Under the pieces are notes generated by a model, which worked only from the letters and a program-made list of their open reading frames with translations, was not told the origin of the DNA and did no database searches. A stretch of DNA of 64,000 nt, from NCBI GenBank assembly GCA_018266685.1, contig JAFDZY010000255.1, forward strand, positions 1,488 through 65,487, given 5' to 3'. Position numbers and translations under genes: made by a program. This document shows, piece after piece, positions 36,126-45,400 of the stretch. The DNA comes from Bacteroidota bacterium. Lineage in GTDB: Bacteria; Bacteroidota; Bacteroidia; Flavobacteriales_F; PHOS-HE28. Positions within the stretch are counted from its first letter, which is position 1. The number at the start of each line of letters is the position of its first letter.

Positions 36126-37717
36126 GGCGGGGCCTTTGCTTCGCAGCGTTGCTGGCCTTTTCCGTTGCATACGGCCAGCAGGGGCTGTTGCCCTTGTCCA
36201 CCACCGTTGATGCACCGTTCACTGCACTGATGCACCGCAGTGATGTGTCGGCGCACAGCGCCTTCCGGCCGTACTTCCGGGAGGACTTGGCCGCGTTGCC
36301 CGGCGCGGACAGCCTGCTCCATCCGGCGTGGAAACCGCTGATGCAGCGCACCACCGATCCCTCCCGGCGCCTGCATTTCGGGCCTGTGCTGGACGCGCTG
36401 GGCGGGGCGTCGTTCGGCGAAACTGAACCACCCAAATACCGCGCCGGAGCCGGTGCCTGGGCGGGATGGAACGCTTCCTCCCGCTTTACCCTTGGTGCGG
36501 ACGTGGAAGGCTGGGCCGAAACATTCCCCAATTACTTGGACAGCTTGGTACGGGCCACGGAGGTGACCCCAGGGGAAGGCTTCGCCCAGCGCTCCGGCAA
36601 CGGTTTTACACATTTCGATTGGAACGCCTACGCCGATTACAAGGCAGGTGAATACTTCCACTTCACCTTGGGCAAGGGGCGCAACTTCATCGGTGAGGGC
36701 TACCGCTCGCTCCTGCTCAGCGATGAGGCGTACAGCTATCCCTATTTCCGGATCACCACCACGGCCTGGCACATCCGCTATGTGAATCTCTTTGCCCTGA
36801 TGGACGACATCTGCGGTGCGGGCGGGGACCCCACGCGCTTCGCCAAGAAGTTCACCAGCATGCACTACCTCAGCTGGAACATCTCCAACCGCGTGAACGC
36901 CGGCGTGTTCGAGGCGATCGTCTGGCAGGACAACGACCCCAAGTATCCGCGCGGCTTCGATCTCTCCTATGTGAACCCGGTGATCTTCTACCGGCCGGTG
37001 GAATTCGGCTTGGGTTCGCCGGACAATGCGTTGCTCGGTTTTGCCCTCAACGTGAAGGCCGGTAAGCAGACCTTGCTCTATTCGCAGGTGATCCTGGATG
37101 AATTCCTGCTTAGCCATGTGCGCGCCGGCGATGGCTGGTACGGCAACAAGCAAGGCGTGCAGATCGGTGCCGTTTCCCACGACGTGCTGGGCAAGCAGGG
37201 CCTGATGCTGCGTGCTGAAATGAACTATGTGCGCCCCTTCATGTACACGCACTCGGACACCCGCCAGAATTACGCCCACTACAACCAGCCGCTGGCCCAC
37301 CCGTATGGCAGCGGGTTCATGGAAGTGCTGGCCCAAGGTGAATGGCGGCACGGGCGTTGGGTGGTGGGCAACGTGTTCAGCTACGCGGTGATGGGCAGGG
37401 ACACGGCCACCGCCGCCACGGGCAGCTACGGCAATAACATCTATTTGCCCGAAGACGACCGCCCCGCCTTGCCCAATAGCAGCAAGAAACGCGATTTCGG
37501 CTACTACCTCGGCGAGCTGTTGCAGGCCACCGTAGTGCAGAATGAATTCCGGGCCGGGTGGCTCCTGGAGCCCCGCTCCGGGATCATGTTGGAACTGGCC
37601 TGGACGTTCCGCTCGGAAACGGTGGATGCGGGGCCGGGCCTGCGCACCAACTATGTCCGGGCCGGGATCTCCACCAACCTGCACAACAGGCACCCCTTCC
37701 AGGCCCAACGCTATTGA
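36122..37717 (+). CDS. outer-membrane protein, RemB / Wzi-like (paralogue)
   Basis: ATG at 36122 (MRRGLCFAALLAFSVAYGQQ) overlaps the transferase stop. It shares blocks with 33417..34991 (GYRSxLLSD, NxxxG.., YAxYNQPLAHP-like). Confidence 0.55.
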   Translation: MRRGLCFAALLAFSVAYGQQGLLPLSTTVDAPFTALMHRSDVSAHSAFRPYFREDLAALPGADSLLHPAWKPLMQRTTDPSRRLHFGPVLDALGGASFGETEPPKYRAGAGAWAGWNASSRFTLGADVEGWAETFPNYLDSLVRATEVTPGEGFAQRSGNGFTHFDWNAYADYKAGEYFHFTLGKGRNFIGEGYRSLLLSDEAYSYPYFRITTTAWHIRYVNLFALMDDICGAGGDPTRFAKKFTSMHYLSWNISNRVNAGVFEAIVWQDNDPKYPRGFDLSYVNPVIFYRPVEFGLGSPDNALLGFALNVKAGKQTLLYSQVILDEFLLSHVRAGDGWYGNKQGVQIGAVSHDVLGKQGLMLRAEMNYVRPFMYTHSDTRQNYAHYNQPLAHPYGSGFMEVLAQGEWRHGRWVVGNVFSYAVMGRDTATAATGSYGNNIYLPEDDRPALPNSSKKRDFGYYLGELLQATVVQNEFRAGWLLEPRSGIMLELAWTFRSETVDAGPGLRTNYVRAGISTNLHNRHPFQAQRY

Positions 37718-37738
37718 AGCCCTTGGCGGGCTGCAGGG

Positions 37739-37779
37739 CTATTGGGTCCAACGCGCCCTGCGGGCGCGTCTTCCAATAG
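37739..37779 (+). terminator. nested hairpin downstream of the second RemB-like gene
   Basis: Inner stem acgcgccc-tgc-gggcgcgt (37751-37769) and outer stem ctattgg/ccaatag. Confidence 0.6.
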
Positions 37780-37865
37780 AATTCAAAACCACGGATGGAC
37801 GCAGATGAACACGGATCACGGACCCACCTACCAAGCAAAACAACCTTCCCTATCTGTGTTCATCC

Positions 37866-38900
37866 GTGTGGACCCGCCTGCCGGCCGGCAGGTCCGTGGT
37901 TCAAAAACAGTGTGCGAATGCGCCGCCAGGCGCATGGATAAGACCAGATAGCCCTGTGGCGGGCTGCCCGGTAAAACACCTTTGCCTTACATTCGCCGCC
38001 GATTTGGAACAAGGGCACGCATACTCCGTCCGCACCGGTTTTGCGGCGAAAGTGAGGGACATCGCCGTTCTCTTCAAACTGCGCTTGGCCTCCTTGGTGG
38101 TGGTAAGCGCCGTGCTGGGCTACGGCTTGGGCGTGCCATTGGGCGGGTTCAGCATGGTGGATGCCCTGTTGCTGGCCTTGGGCGGCCTGTTGGTCACCGG
38201 CTCTTCCGATGCCTTCAACCAAGTGATCGAGGTGGAGCAGGACAGCCGCATGTCCCGCACCAGCCAGCGCCCTTTGGTGCGCGGCAGCATGAACGTATCC
38301 GAAGCCGTGATCTTGGCACTTGTGGCAGGAACCGCTGGTACCGTGGTGCTCTGGACCACCTTCGGTCCGCTTACCGGCATTCTCGGGCTGCTTTCGCTGT
38401 TCATGTACGTGGCCTTGTACACGCCCATGAAGCGCCTCAGCCCGTGGGCAGCCTTCGTGGGCGCCTTTCCGGGCGCTTTTCCGCCGATGCTGGGCTACGT
38501 GGCCGCCACGGGACATTTCGGCCTGGGGCCCGGATTGGTGTTTGCCATGCAGTTCATGTGGCAATTCCCGCACTTTTGGAGCATTGCCTGGGTGCTGAAC
38601 GACGACTATGCCAAGGCCGGGTACCATTTGCTGCCTTCCAAGGGCGGGCGCGACCGGTTCAGCGGATTCCTCATTGCGCTTTACACCTTTTTCGCACTGC
38701 TGGCCGGGCTGTTGCCTTGGGTCTTCGGCCTCACGGGCCACTGGTCCGCATTGGTGGCCGTGCTCTTGGGCCTGTGGATGCTACTGCACGCCCTGCGCCT
38801 GATGCGGACCCTGGACAAGGGGGATGCGCGGCGCCTGATGTTCGCCAGCTTTCTTTACCTGCCGGTGGTGCAACTGGCCTACGTGCTGGACAAGCTATGA
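37866..38900 (+). CDS. ctaB: protoheme IX farnesyltransferase (heme O synthase)
   Basis: UbiA-family motifs (NQVIEVEQDSRMSRT, YTPMKR) and about 8-9 TM segments. The start is uncertain because the track GTG at 37866 lies inside a repeat element. Confidence 0.85.
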   Translation: MWTRLPAGRSVVQKQCANAPPGAWIRPDSPVAGCPVKHLCLTFAADLEQGHAYSVRTGFAAKVRDIAVLFKLRLASLVVVSAVLGYGLGVPLGGFSMVDALLLALGGLLVTGSSDAFNQVIEVEQDSRMSRTSQRPLVRGSMNVSEAVILALVAGTAGTVVLWTTFGPLTGILGLLSLFMYVALYTPMKRLSPWAAFVGAFPGAFPPMLGYVAATGHFGLGPGLVFAMQFMWQFPHFWSIAWVLNDDYAKAGYHLLPSKGGRDRFSGFLIALYTFFALLAGLLPWVFGLTGHWSALVAVLLGLWMLLHALRLMRTLDKGDARRLMFASFLYLPVVQLAYVLDKL

Positions 38901-39622
38901 GCGAAGCAGAGGACAACCTTGAGCGGCAAGCCCGGATGACCAAGGCGAAGAAAGGGATCACCTACTTGTTGTTCTTCTCCATCGTGATGTTTTTCGCTGG
39001 GCTCACCAGCGCCTATTTGGTGAGCAAGGGCAGCGCCACGTACTGGGTGAACTTCCATTTGCCGGCCGCCTTTTGGTGGAGCACGGGGTTCATATTGGTG
39101 AGCAGTGGCACCCTGCATTTTGCGCTGATGCAGGCGCGCAAGGGCAACAAGCGGGCTGTGGCCCCCTTTGTGCTGCTCACCCTGGTCCTGGGCCTGTGCT
39201 TCAGCGCCAGCCAGTTCAAGGGTTGGAAGGTGTTGTTTCAACAAGGCTACGCGCTGGTGGCCCAATTGCAGCATATCAAGGGCACTTACGGCTCGGACTA
39301 CACCATTGAGCGCCGGGGCATCACCCTGGTGAAGGCGGACGACCTGTACTTCCTTCCGGGAGATACGGCCCACGAGCACCCGTTGAACGCGGAGATGGAC
39401 AAATCCCGCAATGCGGCCAGCTCCTACTTCTACGTATTGACCTACGCCCACTTCGCCCACGTCATTGGCGGGCTCATCGCCCTGCTGGTCATGTTCATCA
39501 AGGCGCTCATGGGCCGGTATGGCCGTGAAGACCACCAGGGCCTGTGGGCGGGAACCATTTACTGGCACTTTCTGGCAGGTCTTTGGGTGTACCTGCTTTT
39601 GTTCTTGGCCTACGTTCATTAA
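38897..39622 (+). CDS. heme-copper oxidase subunit III family protein
   Basis: ATG at 38897 overlaps the ctaB stop. TM-rich, with a C-terminal HF.HVIGG...YWHFL..VW pattern. Confidence 0.8.
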   Translation: MSEAEDNLERQARMTKAKKGITYLLFFSIVMFFAGLTSAYLVSKGSATYWVNFHLPAAFWWSTGFILVSSGTLHFALMQARKGNKRAVAPFVLLTLVLGLCFSASQFKGWKVLFQQGYALVAQLQHIKGTYGSDYTIERRGITLVKADDLYFLPGDTAHEHPLNAEMDKSRNAASSYFYVLTYAHFAHVIGGLIALLVMFIKALMGRYGREDHQGLWAGTIYWHFLAGLWVYLLLFLAYVH

Positions 39623-39646
39623 CATTGCCCACGAATTATCCCATCC

Positions 39647-40495
39647 ATGTCAGGCGAAGCATCGAAAACGCTCAGCAACGACGTCCTTTGGGGCGGTGGC
39701 CGCTCCCCGTTCAGCATAAGCTACGGGAAGCTGATGATCTGGTTTTTCCTGGTTTCCGACGCGCTGACCTTCAGCGGCCTGCTGGTTTCCTATGGCTTCG
39801 CCCGCCACTCGCTCATGCCCGGCATGGAGTGGCCCGTGGGCGAATACGTGTTCAGCAAGTTCCCCGGCATTGAGGGCGAAATGCCCCTGATGTATGTGGC
39901 ACTGATGACCTTCATCCTGATCATCAGCTCGGTGACCATGGTGCTGGGCGTGGAGGCCGGCCATCGCATGGACAAGAAAGGCGTGGTGAAGTGGCTCTTC
40001 CTCACCATCATCGGCGGCATTTTCTTCCTCAGCTCCCAGGCCTACGAATGGACCCACTTCATCCACGGCAGCCATGCCCGCGTCACCTTGGCGGACGGGC
40101 GCACGGCCTACTTGGAGGAAAACCCGCACCACGACGAAGCCATTGACCCCGCCACCTTTGCCATGACCATCGGCAGCACCCGCTCCAACGAAGTGGTGAA
40201 GGGCCCGGAGGCGTACAAGCTGTACCAGAGTGCCATCCATGTTACCAGCGGGGCCAATATGACCGAGAACGAGTACGGCCCGCCTTCCTATGCCAACTTC
40301 TTCTTCTTCATCACCGGGTTCCACGGCTTCCACGTGTTCAGTGGTGTGGTCATCAACATCGTGGTGCTCACCATGGTGATGAAGGGCGTGTTCCAGCGGC
40401 GCGGCCACTACGAAATGGTGGAAAAGGCCGGACTCTACTGGCACTTTGTGGACCTCGTTTGGGTGTTCGTGTTCACCTTCTTCTACCTTGTTTGA
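39647..40495 (+). CDS. cytochrome c oxidase subunit III
   Basis: FFFITGFHGFHVFSGV and YWHFVDLVWVFVFTFFYL are the classic subunit III motifs. Confidence 0.88.
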   Translation: MSGEASKTLSNDVLWGGGRSPFSISYGKLMIWFFLVSDALTFSGLLVSYGFARHSLMPGMEWPVGEYVFSKFPGIEGEMPLMYVALMTFILIISSVTMVLGVEAGHRMDKKGVVKWLFLTIIGGIFFLSSQAYEWTHFIHGSHARVTLADGRTAYLEENPHHDEAIDPATFAMTIGSTRSNEVVKGPEAYKLYQSAIHVTSGANMTENEYGPPSYANFFFFITGFHGFHVFSGVVINIVVLTMVMKGVFQRRGHYEMVEKAGLYWHFVDLVWVFVFTFFYLV

Positions 40496-40520
40496 TCCAT
40501 TGAACCAAAACACACGGCAC

Positions 40521-40889
40521 ATGGAACGCGACGACATCATTGAATACAGCCTCGGGGCCGGCCACAGCGAGGAGCAGGGCCGCGTGATCCGCAAGAAGAT
40601 CTACTTCGTCACCATTCTGCTCACGGCCATCACCACCTTCGAGGTGTTGCTGGGCGTGTTCTGGCGCACCTGGATGCCGGGATCCTGGCACTGGGTGAAA
40701 TGGACGTTCATTGTGATGACCGTGGTTAAGGCCACCTACATCGTGATGACCTTTATGCACTTGGGCGATGAGCGGCGCAACATCCGGAGCTTCATCCTGA
40801 TGCCCTACGCCTTGTTCCTGCTGTACCTCATCTTCATCGCCATCTGGGAATCCCAGTACGTTCACTGGGCGTTGCAAACATTCCTGTGA
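40521..40889 (+). CDS. cytochrome c oxidase subunit IV-like small membrane protein
   Basis: Three-TM protein following subunit III, with MHLGDE-like and KA.YI...FMHL patterns. ATG at 40521. Confidence 0.7.
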   Translation: MERDDIIEYSLGAGHSEEQGRVIRKKIYFVTILLTAITTFEVLLGVFWRTWMPGSWHWVKWTFIVMTVVKATYIVMTFMHLGDERRNIRSFILMPYALFLLYLIFIAIWESQYVHWALQTFL

Positions 40890-41593
40890 GCACGGGCGTA
40901 AAACCGGCGGGCAAGGGCCGGAAGGTGGCCCTGCTTCTGTTGCTGTTGGCAGTTATTCCAGGGGCCGGCTTCCTGTTCTGGGGCAGCCAAAGCCAATATG
41001 GCAAGTTGCCATACCTCGGAGAACGGGAAACCATTGCCCCCGGTGATACTTCCTACTTCACCGTTCCCCCGTTCCACTTCATTGATGAGGACGGCAAGCC
41101 CTTTACCGACCACGACGTGCAGGGGAAGATCTTGATCGTGGACTTCTTCTTCACACGCTGTACCTCCATCTGCCCTAAGATGGGCGTCCAAATGCAACAA
41201 CTCCAGCTGCAAATGGATGACCTGGAATACAAGGACGTGCTTTTCCTGAGCCACACCGTGGACCCGGAGCACGACACACCGGCGGTGCTGAAGGAGTATG
41301 CCACCCGCTTGGAAGCAGATCCCAAGCGGTGGAAGTTCCTTACCGGCAACGCAGCGGACATATACAGGCAGGGCAACTTGGGCTACTTGCTCAGCGCCGG
41401 TGCCGACTCCTCCACTGCGGAGAATTTCGTGCACTCCCCACAATTTGTATTGGTGGACAAGCAGCGGCACATCCGGGGCATGTACGATGGCACGAACACC
41501 GAGGCCATGCGGAACCTGATGACCGACCTGAAGATGCTGCTCTATGAGGAAAAGCATCCGATGGCCAGTGCCTCCAACAAATCCCGGAAGTGA
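40886..41593 (+). CDS. SCO-family copper chaperone
   Basis: Thioredoxin-fold CxxxC motif FFFTRCTSICP and a conserved His (VHSPQF). Confidence 0.88.
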   Translation: MSTGVKPAGKGRKVALLLLLLAVIPGAGFLFWGSQSQYGKLPYLGERETIAPGDTSYFTVPPFHFIDEDGKPFTDHDVQGKILIVDFFFTRCTSICPKMGVQMQQLQLQMDDLEYKDVLFLSHTVDPEHDTPAVLKEYATRLEADPKRWKFLTGNAADIYRQGNLGYLLSAGADSSTAENFVHSPQFVLVDKQRHIRGMYDGTNTEAMRNLMTDLKMLLYEEKHPMASASNKSRK

Positions 41594-42117
41594 ACAAGCC
41601 CGAACATTTCAGGGCAGGCACGGCGGCTGTTTGGGTGATCAGCGCCTTGGTGGTCGGCATGATCATCTTCCTCTACCTGGGTCCGAAGATGATCGTGGTT
41701 GCGGGCCTTTCGCCATCCACCCTGCCCAAACTCAACGCTTGCCTGAACGGTGCCGCAGCCTTGGTGCTTATCGCGGCCTGGCGGGCCATTTTGCGCAAGA
41801 ACATCAATTTGCACAAGCGCTTGATGCTGACGGCCGTGGCCATCAGCGCGCTGTTCCTGGCCAGCTATGTGGTGCAGCACGGGAGTTTTCCGTCGGTGAA
41901 ATACGGCGGGACCATGGGCTGGTTGTACTTCCCCGTGCTCATTTCTCACATCCTGCTTGCGGCTGCCATTGTTCCCATGGTGCTGATCACCTTGGTGCGG
42001 GCGCTCAGCAACCGCTTCGACAAACACCGCCGCATAGCGCGTTGGACCTTGCCGTTGTGGCTCTATGTAAGCATTACGGGCGTTGTAGTGTACCTGATGT
42101 GTGCTCCCTATTACTGA
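41590..42117 (+). CDS. DUF420-family membrane protein
   Basis: Four-TM protein with the HKR.M.... and H...A pattern, in the typical cox-accessory context. Confidence 0.8.
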   Translation: MNKPEHFRAGTAAVWVISALVVGMIIFLYLGPKMIVVAGLSPSTLPKLNACLNGAAALVLIAAWRAILRKNINLHKRLMLTAVAISALFLASYVVQHGSFPSVKYGGTMGWLYFPVLISHILLAAAIVPMVLITLVRALSNRFDKHRRIARWTLPLWLYVSITGVVVYLMCAPYY

Positions 42118-42153
42118 TCCCCGAAAGATTTTCGTACGCTTACCTTTGTCCTG

Positions 42154-42420
42154 ATGAAACCGCATCGCCTTCTCCTTGCAGCAGTTGTGGTGGCGTTGTT
42201 CCTCCTGCCAGTTGAAACGTGGGCACAGGGCTGTTCCATGTGCAAGGCTGTGGCTGCTACGGAGCCAGGCGGTAATGTCTATGGAGGGGCCCAAGCAGTG
42301 GGTGCCGGACTGAACAAAGGCATCTTGTTCATGATGGCCGTACCGTACGTACTGCTCTTCATCTTCTTCCGCAAGAAGATCGCGGGCTTTGTAAAGGAAT
42401 TCAGGAGCGCACAAGGCTGA
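42154..42420 (+). CDS. small signal-peptide/C-terminal-TM protein with a CxxC motif
   Basis: MKPHRLLLAAVVVALFLLPVETWAQGCSMCK... followed by a C-terminal TM segment and basic tail. Confidence 0.5.
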   Translation: MKPHRLLLAAVVVALFLLPVETWAQGCSMCKAVAATEPGGNVYGGAQAVGAGLNKGILFMMAVPYVLLFIFFRKKIAGFVKEFRSAQG

Positions 42421-42472
42421 GCGTCGTGCCAAGGCACGTGCCCCGCCCGAAACACCGGATGCTGTTTCGCAC

Positions 42473-45400
42473 TTACGGCAACTGCTGCACCCTCGTGGAC
42501 GTAGGTGCCGTTCCGCCGATGTTCAGCAGTATGGCATCGCGGTCGTTGGCAGACCCGGTGTACTTCACCACGCCGTCCAGGTTCACGTCCGCCACTTTAT
42601 AGCCGGTACTGGTGGCCGTGGGCGTGGATCCCCCGATCGCTTGCAACACGGGCTCCCGATCATTCCCCGTACCGGTGTAGCGCACATCGCCGTCATGCAT
42701 CACATCCCCGGGCCAGAGCATGGTGCGCCCGTCAGTTGCCTGCTGTGCGTTGGTGCCGTAGGTGGCGGTTGCGGGCAGGCCGAAATCAATGCTCGAAGCG
42801 GAAGCACTGAGCGCCATGGCAGCTGAGGTCATGCAGCCCAAGTGGTTGCGGTGGCGCACGGCGATGTAATAGCTGCCCGCAGGCACTGCAAAATGTAGGT
42901 TGGCCGTTCCATCCGCTGCCACTACGTCCCCATCCCGTTGCAACAAAGCGCAATGTGCCGCCACGATCGTTGCCGGCACGGTGGAAGAACGCAGCTCCAC
43001 CACCACCCAATCCACGATTGCGTTGTCGCCGGTTATGGAAAGGATCCCCGGACCGGCCGTTTCACCGCCGCCGCCCGGCAGTGTGAAGCCCAACGCGGTG
43101 TAGGGTTCGGAGGCGGGGACAGGGCCGACCTGGCGCAACTGGTCATTCATGTTGTGGTTCGTGCCGTTGTATGCACCGCCGAGGTACATCCGCACCGTGG
43201 CGGCAACGTTTGCCGCATTGCCCGATACGTTCACATTATCGAAGTACAGCCGCTGGCCGTAGCCGCTTGTGCCCACGAACCGAACTTGAACCTGGCCCCC
43301 GTCAAAAGCACTAAGGTCAATGTCATGGTGGGCCCATTCGGAGCAATTGGCCGGGCTCCACGAACTGCTGGTGTTGTCCGCAGCCGTGGCCAAACCGGAG
43401 CCCGATGCTTGGTACAAATTGGACCATGTGGCACCGCAGTCACTGCTGATGTCCACGCGGAAACTGTCGAAATAGCTCGCGCTGTACCGGGCGTAGGCAT
43501 GGTCGAAAGTGAGGTGCACTCCCGTGTACCCGGACAGGTCGATCACCGGTGTGACCAGACCGTCCTGCTCACCCGTTGCACTGTACGAGTAGTAATTGAT
43601 CATCCATGCCGTAGTGCTGGCACAGGCTGCCCCGTTGGCCACGGTGGACGTGGTCCATGTGGTGGATCCGTCGGGGTTGGTCAACGCCCACCCTGCGGGA
43701 ACGGCGGAGCCGCCTTCCACATCTTCGCTCAGCGGGGCTGCCACTACAGTGGCTGCCACGGCGGTCAATGCATTGGTGGTGGCATCATCCCCGGCGAACT
43801 CATCACCGGCAAGCACGGTACCGGCCACCAAGGTGTGGGCCCCTGCTGCCAAGTTCGCAATGGGTGTGGAAAAAGTGACTTGTTGCACGGCCCCTGCGGC
43901 CAGCGTACCCGGGAATGCCTGAGAAACATAGGCACCGCCATCCAGTTGGTAGCGCACGGAGAAGCCCGACTGGGGTTGGATGCCGTAGTTGCGCACCGTG
44001 GCAATTACGGGCACGGGAGTGCTGCCGCAGGTTTGCACATTGCCTGCCGCAGGAATGATCGCCGTTACGCCCACATCGTTCTGTAGGGGCATGTCAAACG
44101 CTTCGGTTTGGTCGGTCACGCTGTTGGAACTTCCTTGGCTGGCGCTGTAGCCCAGTCCCCTCCGGGCAAATGCGGCCCAGATCAAGTTTTGGTTGGCACC
44201 ACCGTACAATACCGCATCGGCTTGCAGAATGGCATCGCGGCCGTCCACAAAGCCGGGGCTGCACGCAGTAAGCTTCAGGCCTTCGATCACCAGGTTCATG
44301 GCCATGTTGTTTCCGCCCGTCCCATTGTACAGGTCAGGGTCGTAGCCGTACTGGTCGATCAGGTCCCAGGTCATTTCCCAAAGCATGGTGCACCAGATGA
44401 ACCCGATGTCATGTGCATCACCATAGCTGGGGTTGTTCGTGGCCGCATAGGTGAAGTCGTTCACTGAAAAGGAGGTGCTGTAAGGCGAAGGGCGGATGCC
44501 GGGGCCCGTGATCGGTTCACCGAGCACGTACGTGCCGATGCCCCGGGCCTGGGTGCGGGAATCGCCGGTCTTCATGGTCATCATCAGTCCAAAGAAATCG
44601 CTCCAGCCTTCGCCCATTTGTTCGGCGTTGTCCAAGCAGTCCACGTTGGAAGGCCCGCCCACCAAGCGGTTGCTGATGCCATGCCCGTACTCGTGGCAGA
44701 TCACGCCGCTGTCAAAGTCCCCGTCGCGCTGGGGGGTGGTTTGGTTCCACAGGAACATTTGCATGCGTGGGTTGCTGCCATCGGACGGGGTTCCAAAGTT
44801 CGCGTTGTTCATTCCGCTGCCGTCCTGGCCATCAGCGAACACGTAATCGGCACCGGCACCACCCCTTCCGTAATTGTTCTGCTGGAAGTTTCCGCTGGGT
44901 TCATCAAATCCGTACTGGTACCACACGTCGTGCATCATGTTGTTCCAGTAGAACAAATTGGTGAGCGCGGCATCCTGGTAGTTCGCAGGTGCCTGGGTCA
45001 AGTTCACGGGGAAATCAAAGTCCAGCGTGGAACCGCCGTCCGGGCTGTACCCGGTGCCATTGTTGCCGTTGGCATCCTCCTGGGCCAGCACGTTGTTCCC
45101 GCGTGTAATGGTGTATTCAGCACCCGCAGCTCCATTGGTATCATGCCATCCGTAGGGGGAAGCAATGCCGCCGGCCACCCATGGGGCATTCCGGATGGCC
45201 CTTGGGCCATGGGACGGACTTTCCACGGGTACCGGATACACATTGTAATCATTGGGTGCGGCAGGTGCGGCCGGAGCATCGGGGAGTGCCACTGGAGCAT
45301 TGTGGGCAGCACGTTCAACCGCTTTGTCAAAACCGCATTGGGCCACCCAATCGTTGCGGTCCAGTTCCTTTCCGTCCAACGCGCTGACGCGTACATTCCA

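Noticed and set aside
38897-40495. Two adjacent subunit-III-like genes as a duplication artefact or pseudogene.
   Set aside because: Both are intact, differ substantially in sequence and length, and have proper hydrophobic profiles. As I recall, this pairing is usual in Bacteroidota oxidase clusters.
42154-42420. The small CxxC protein as a RiPP precursor.
   Set aside because: It has a classical signal peptide and a C-terminal membrane anchor, and it lies in a respiratory accessory operon with no maturase nearby.
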